This document shows, piece after piece, positions 63,282-64,000 of a DNA stretch of 64,000 nt. The notes beneath the pieces are model-generated. The model was given only the letters and a program-made list of their open reading frames with translations. It ran no database searches and was not told the DNA's origin. This DNA comes from Diadema antillarum (lineage: Eukaryota): contig NW_027271026.1 in NCBI RefSeq assembly GCF_040938485.1, positions 2,046,001 to 2,110,000 of the forward strand, written 5' to 3'. Position numbers and translations under genes: made by a program. The first letter of the stretch is position 1, and every line of letters starts with the position of its first letter.

Positions 63282-63506
63282 ATGAAACCATCTGTCATGC
63301 AACTTTTCGTTCTCCTTTTCGTCTTCCTCGACAGCTGGAGAATTTTGCGAGGGGTTCGTCGACGACCACGGGAACCACCACGCCAGCTTCCATTGCCCCC
63401 CGCAGGGAGCTACCGGTGGAGACTTGGACAACATCTACTGCTGCGGCACGTCAACAGACAAATTCTGCTGCAGTCAGCCAACTGGTTACTTCCTGGAAAA
63501 TTTCAA
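63282..63506 (+). CDS. Shisa-family protein, N-terminal Cys-rich exon (gene continues beyond the window); apparent frameshift near 63330, or an internal exon starting at 63335
   Basis: The frame starting at 63331 reads TAGEFCEGFVDDHGNHHASFHCPPQGATGGDLDNIYCCGTSTDKFCCSQP, which is the Shisa C-x-G..D..G...F-x-CP...CCG...CC pattern, and ends at a GTAAGT donor (63507). The ATG at 63282 gives signal-peptide-like MKPSVMQLFVLLFVFL in a different frame. Confidence 0.8.
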
Positions 63507-64000
63507 GTAAGTCACAGCGTCTTTCACAGGATTCATCATCAACATTCTAAGTAGGGTTTTTATACAAAAACAAATAAACTTCAGTTTCACCGATCGATGT
63601 CTCCCCCCCCCCCCCCCCCCCCCTTTCAAACTAGCAGTTTTCTAGTTTCGTCATCCTTTGCGTGGTAATGTCATATCTAATGCCTTTGAACACACTTTGA
63701 ACAATTCGGGCAGGTGTGTTTGGCCGGGAGCAGTATATCAGATTCAACCGTATGTGAAAACATGGCCAGGAAGGGATTTATTCAGACATTCTATTTCAGT
63801 GGGCCTATGCCATTCTCTTCAAAAAGTGTTACTACTTGCACGAATGACGTTATAGCCCTGTCTATCCCGTCCCATTCCTGTGCAAGGTGCGCAATGTCAC
63901 CACATGGTATGGGAAATGCGTCTCCTCACAACGACCAGCCCATGTGCATGTCATAAAGCCCAGGCGCATGCCATAACAAAGTTAATTCTGTAATCAACTT

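Overview
AT-rich invertebrate animal genomic DNA, probably an echinoderm such as a sea urchin (inferred from gene style, repeat families and frequent G/C homopolymers). It has two short N gaps and no prokaryotic features or CRISPR array. Four spliced plus-strand genes can be reconstructed. (1) A 4-coding-exon MADF/Myb-SANT protein with a BESS-like segment (7336-16227), of the type associated with PIF/Harbinger transposons but lacking a transposase partner here. (2) A 5-exon RDH8/HSD17B1-like short-chain dehydrogenase (24554-28872). (3) DNAJB9/ERdj4, 4 coding exons (34207-40739). (4) The Cys-rich exon of a Shisa-family protein (63282-63506), whose signal peptide and Shisa domain are out of frame in this sequence. 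The rest is dense with non-autonomous DNA transposons: piggyBac-like, Kolobok-like (one with a decayed THAP domain), Harbinger-like, hAT-like, TA-flanked MITEs, a 2.8-kb Sola2-like element with nine copies of a 14-bp motif, and a Helentron/pearl-like repeat. There is also a tRNA-derived SINE and several near-perfect palindromes. All family assignments come from reading the sequence by eye; no database search was run.
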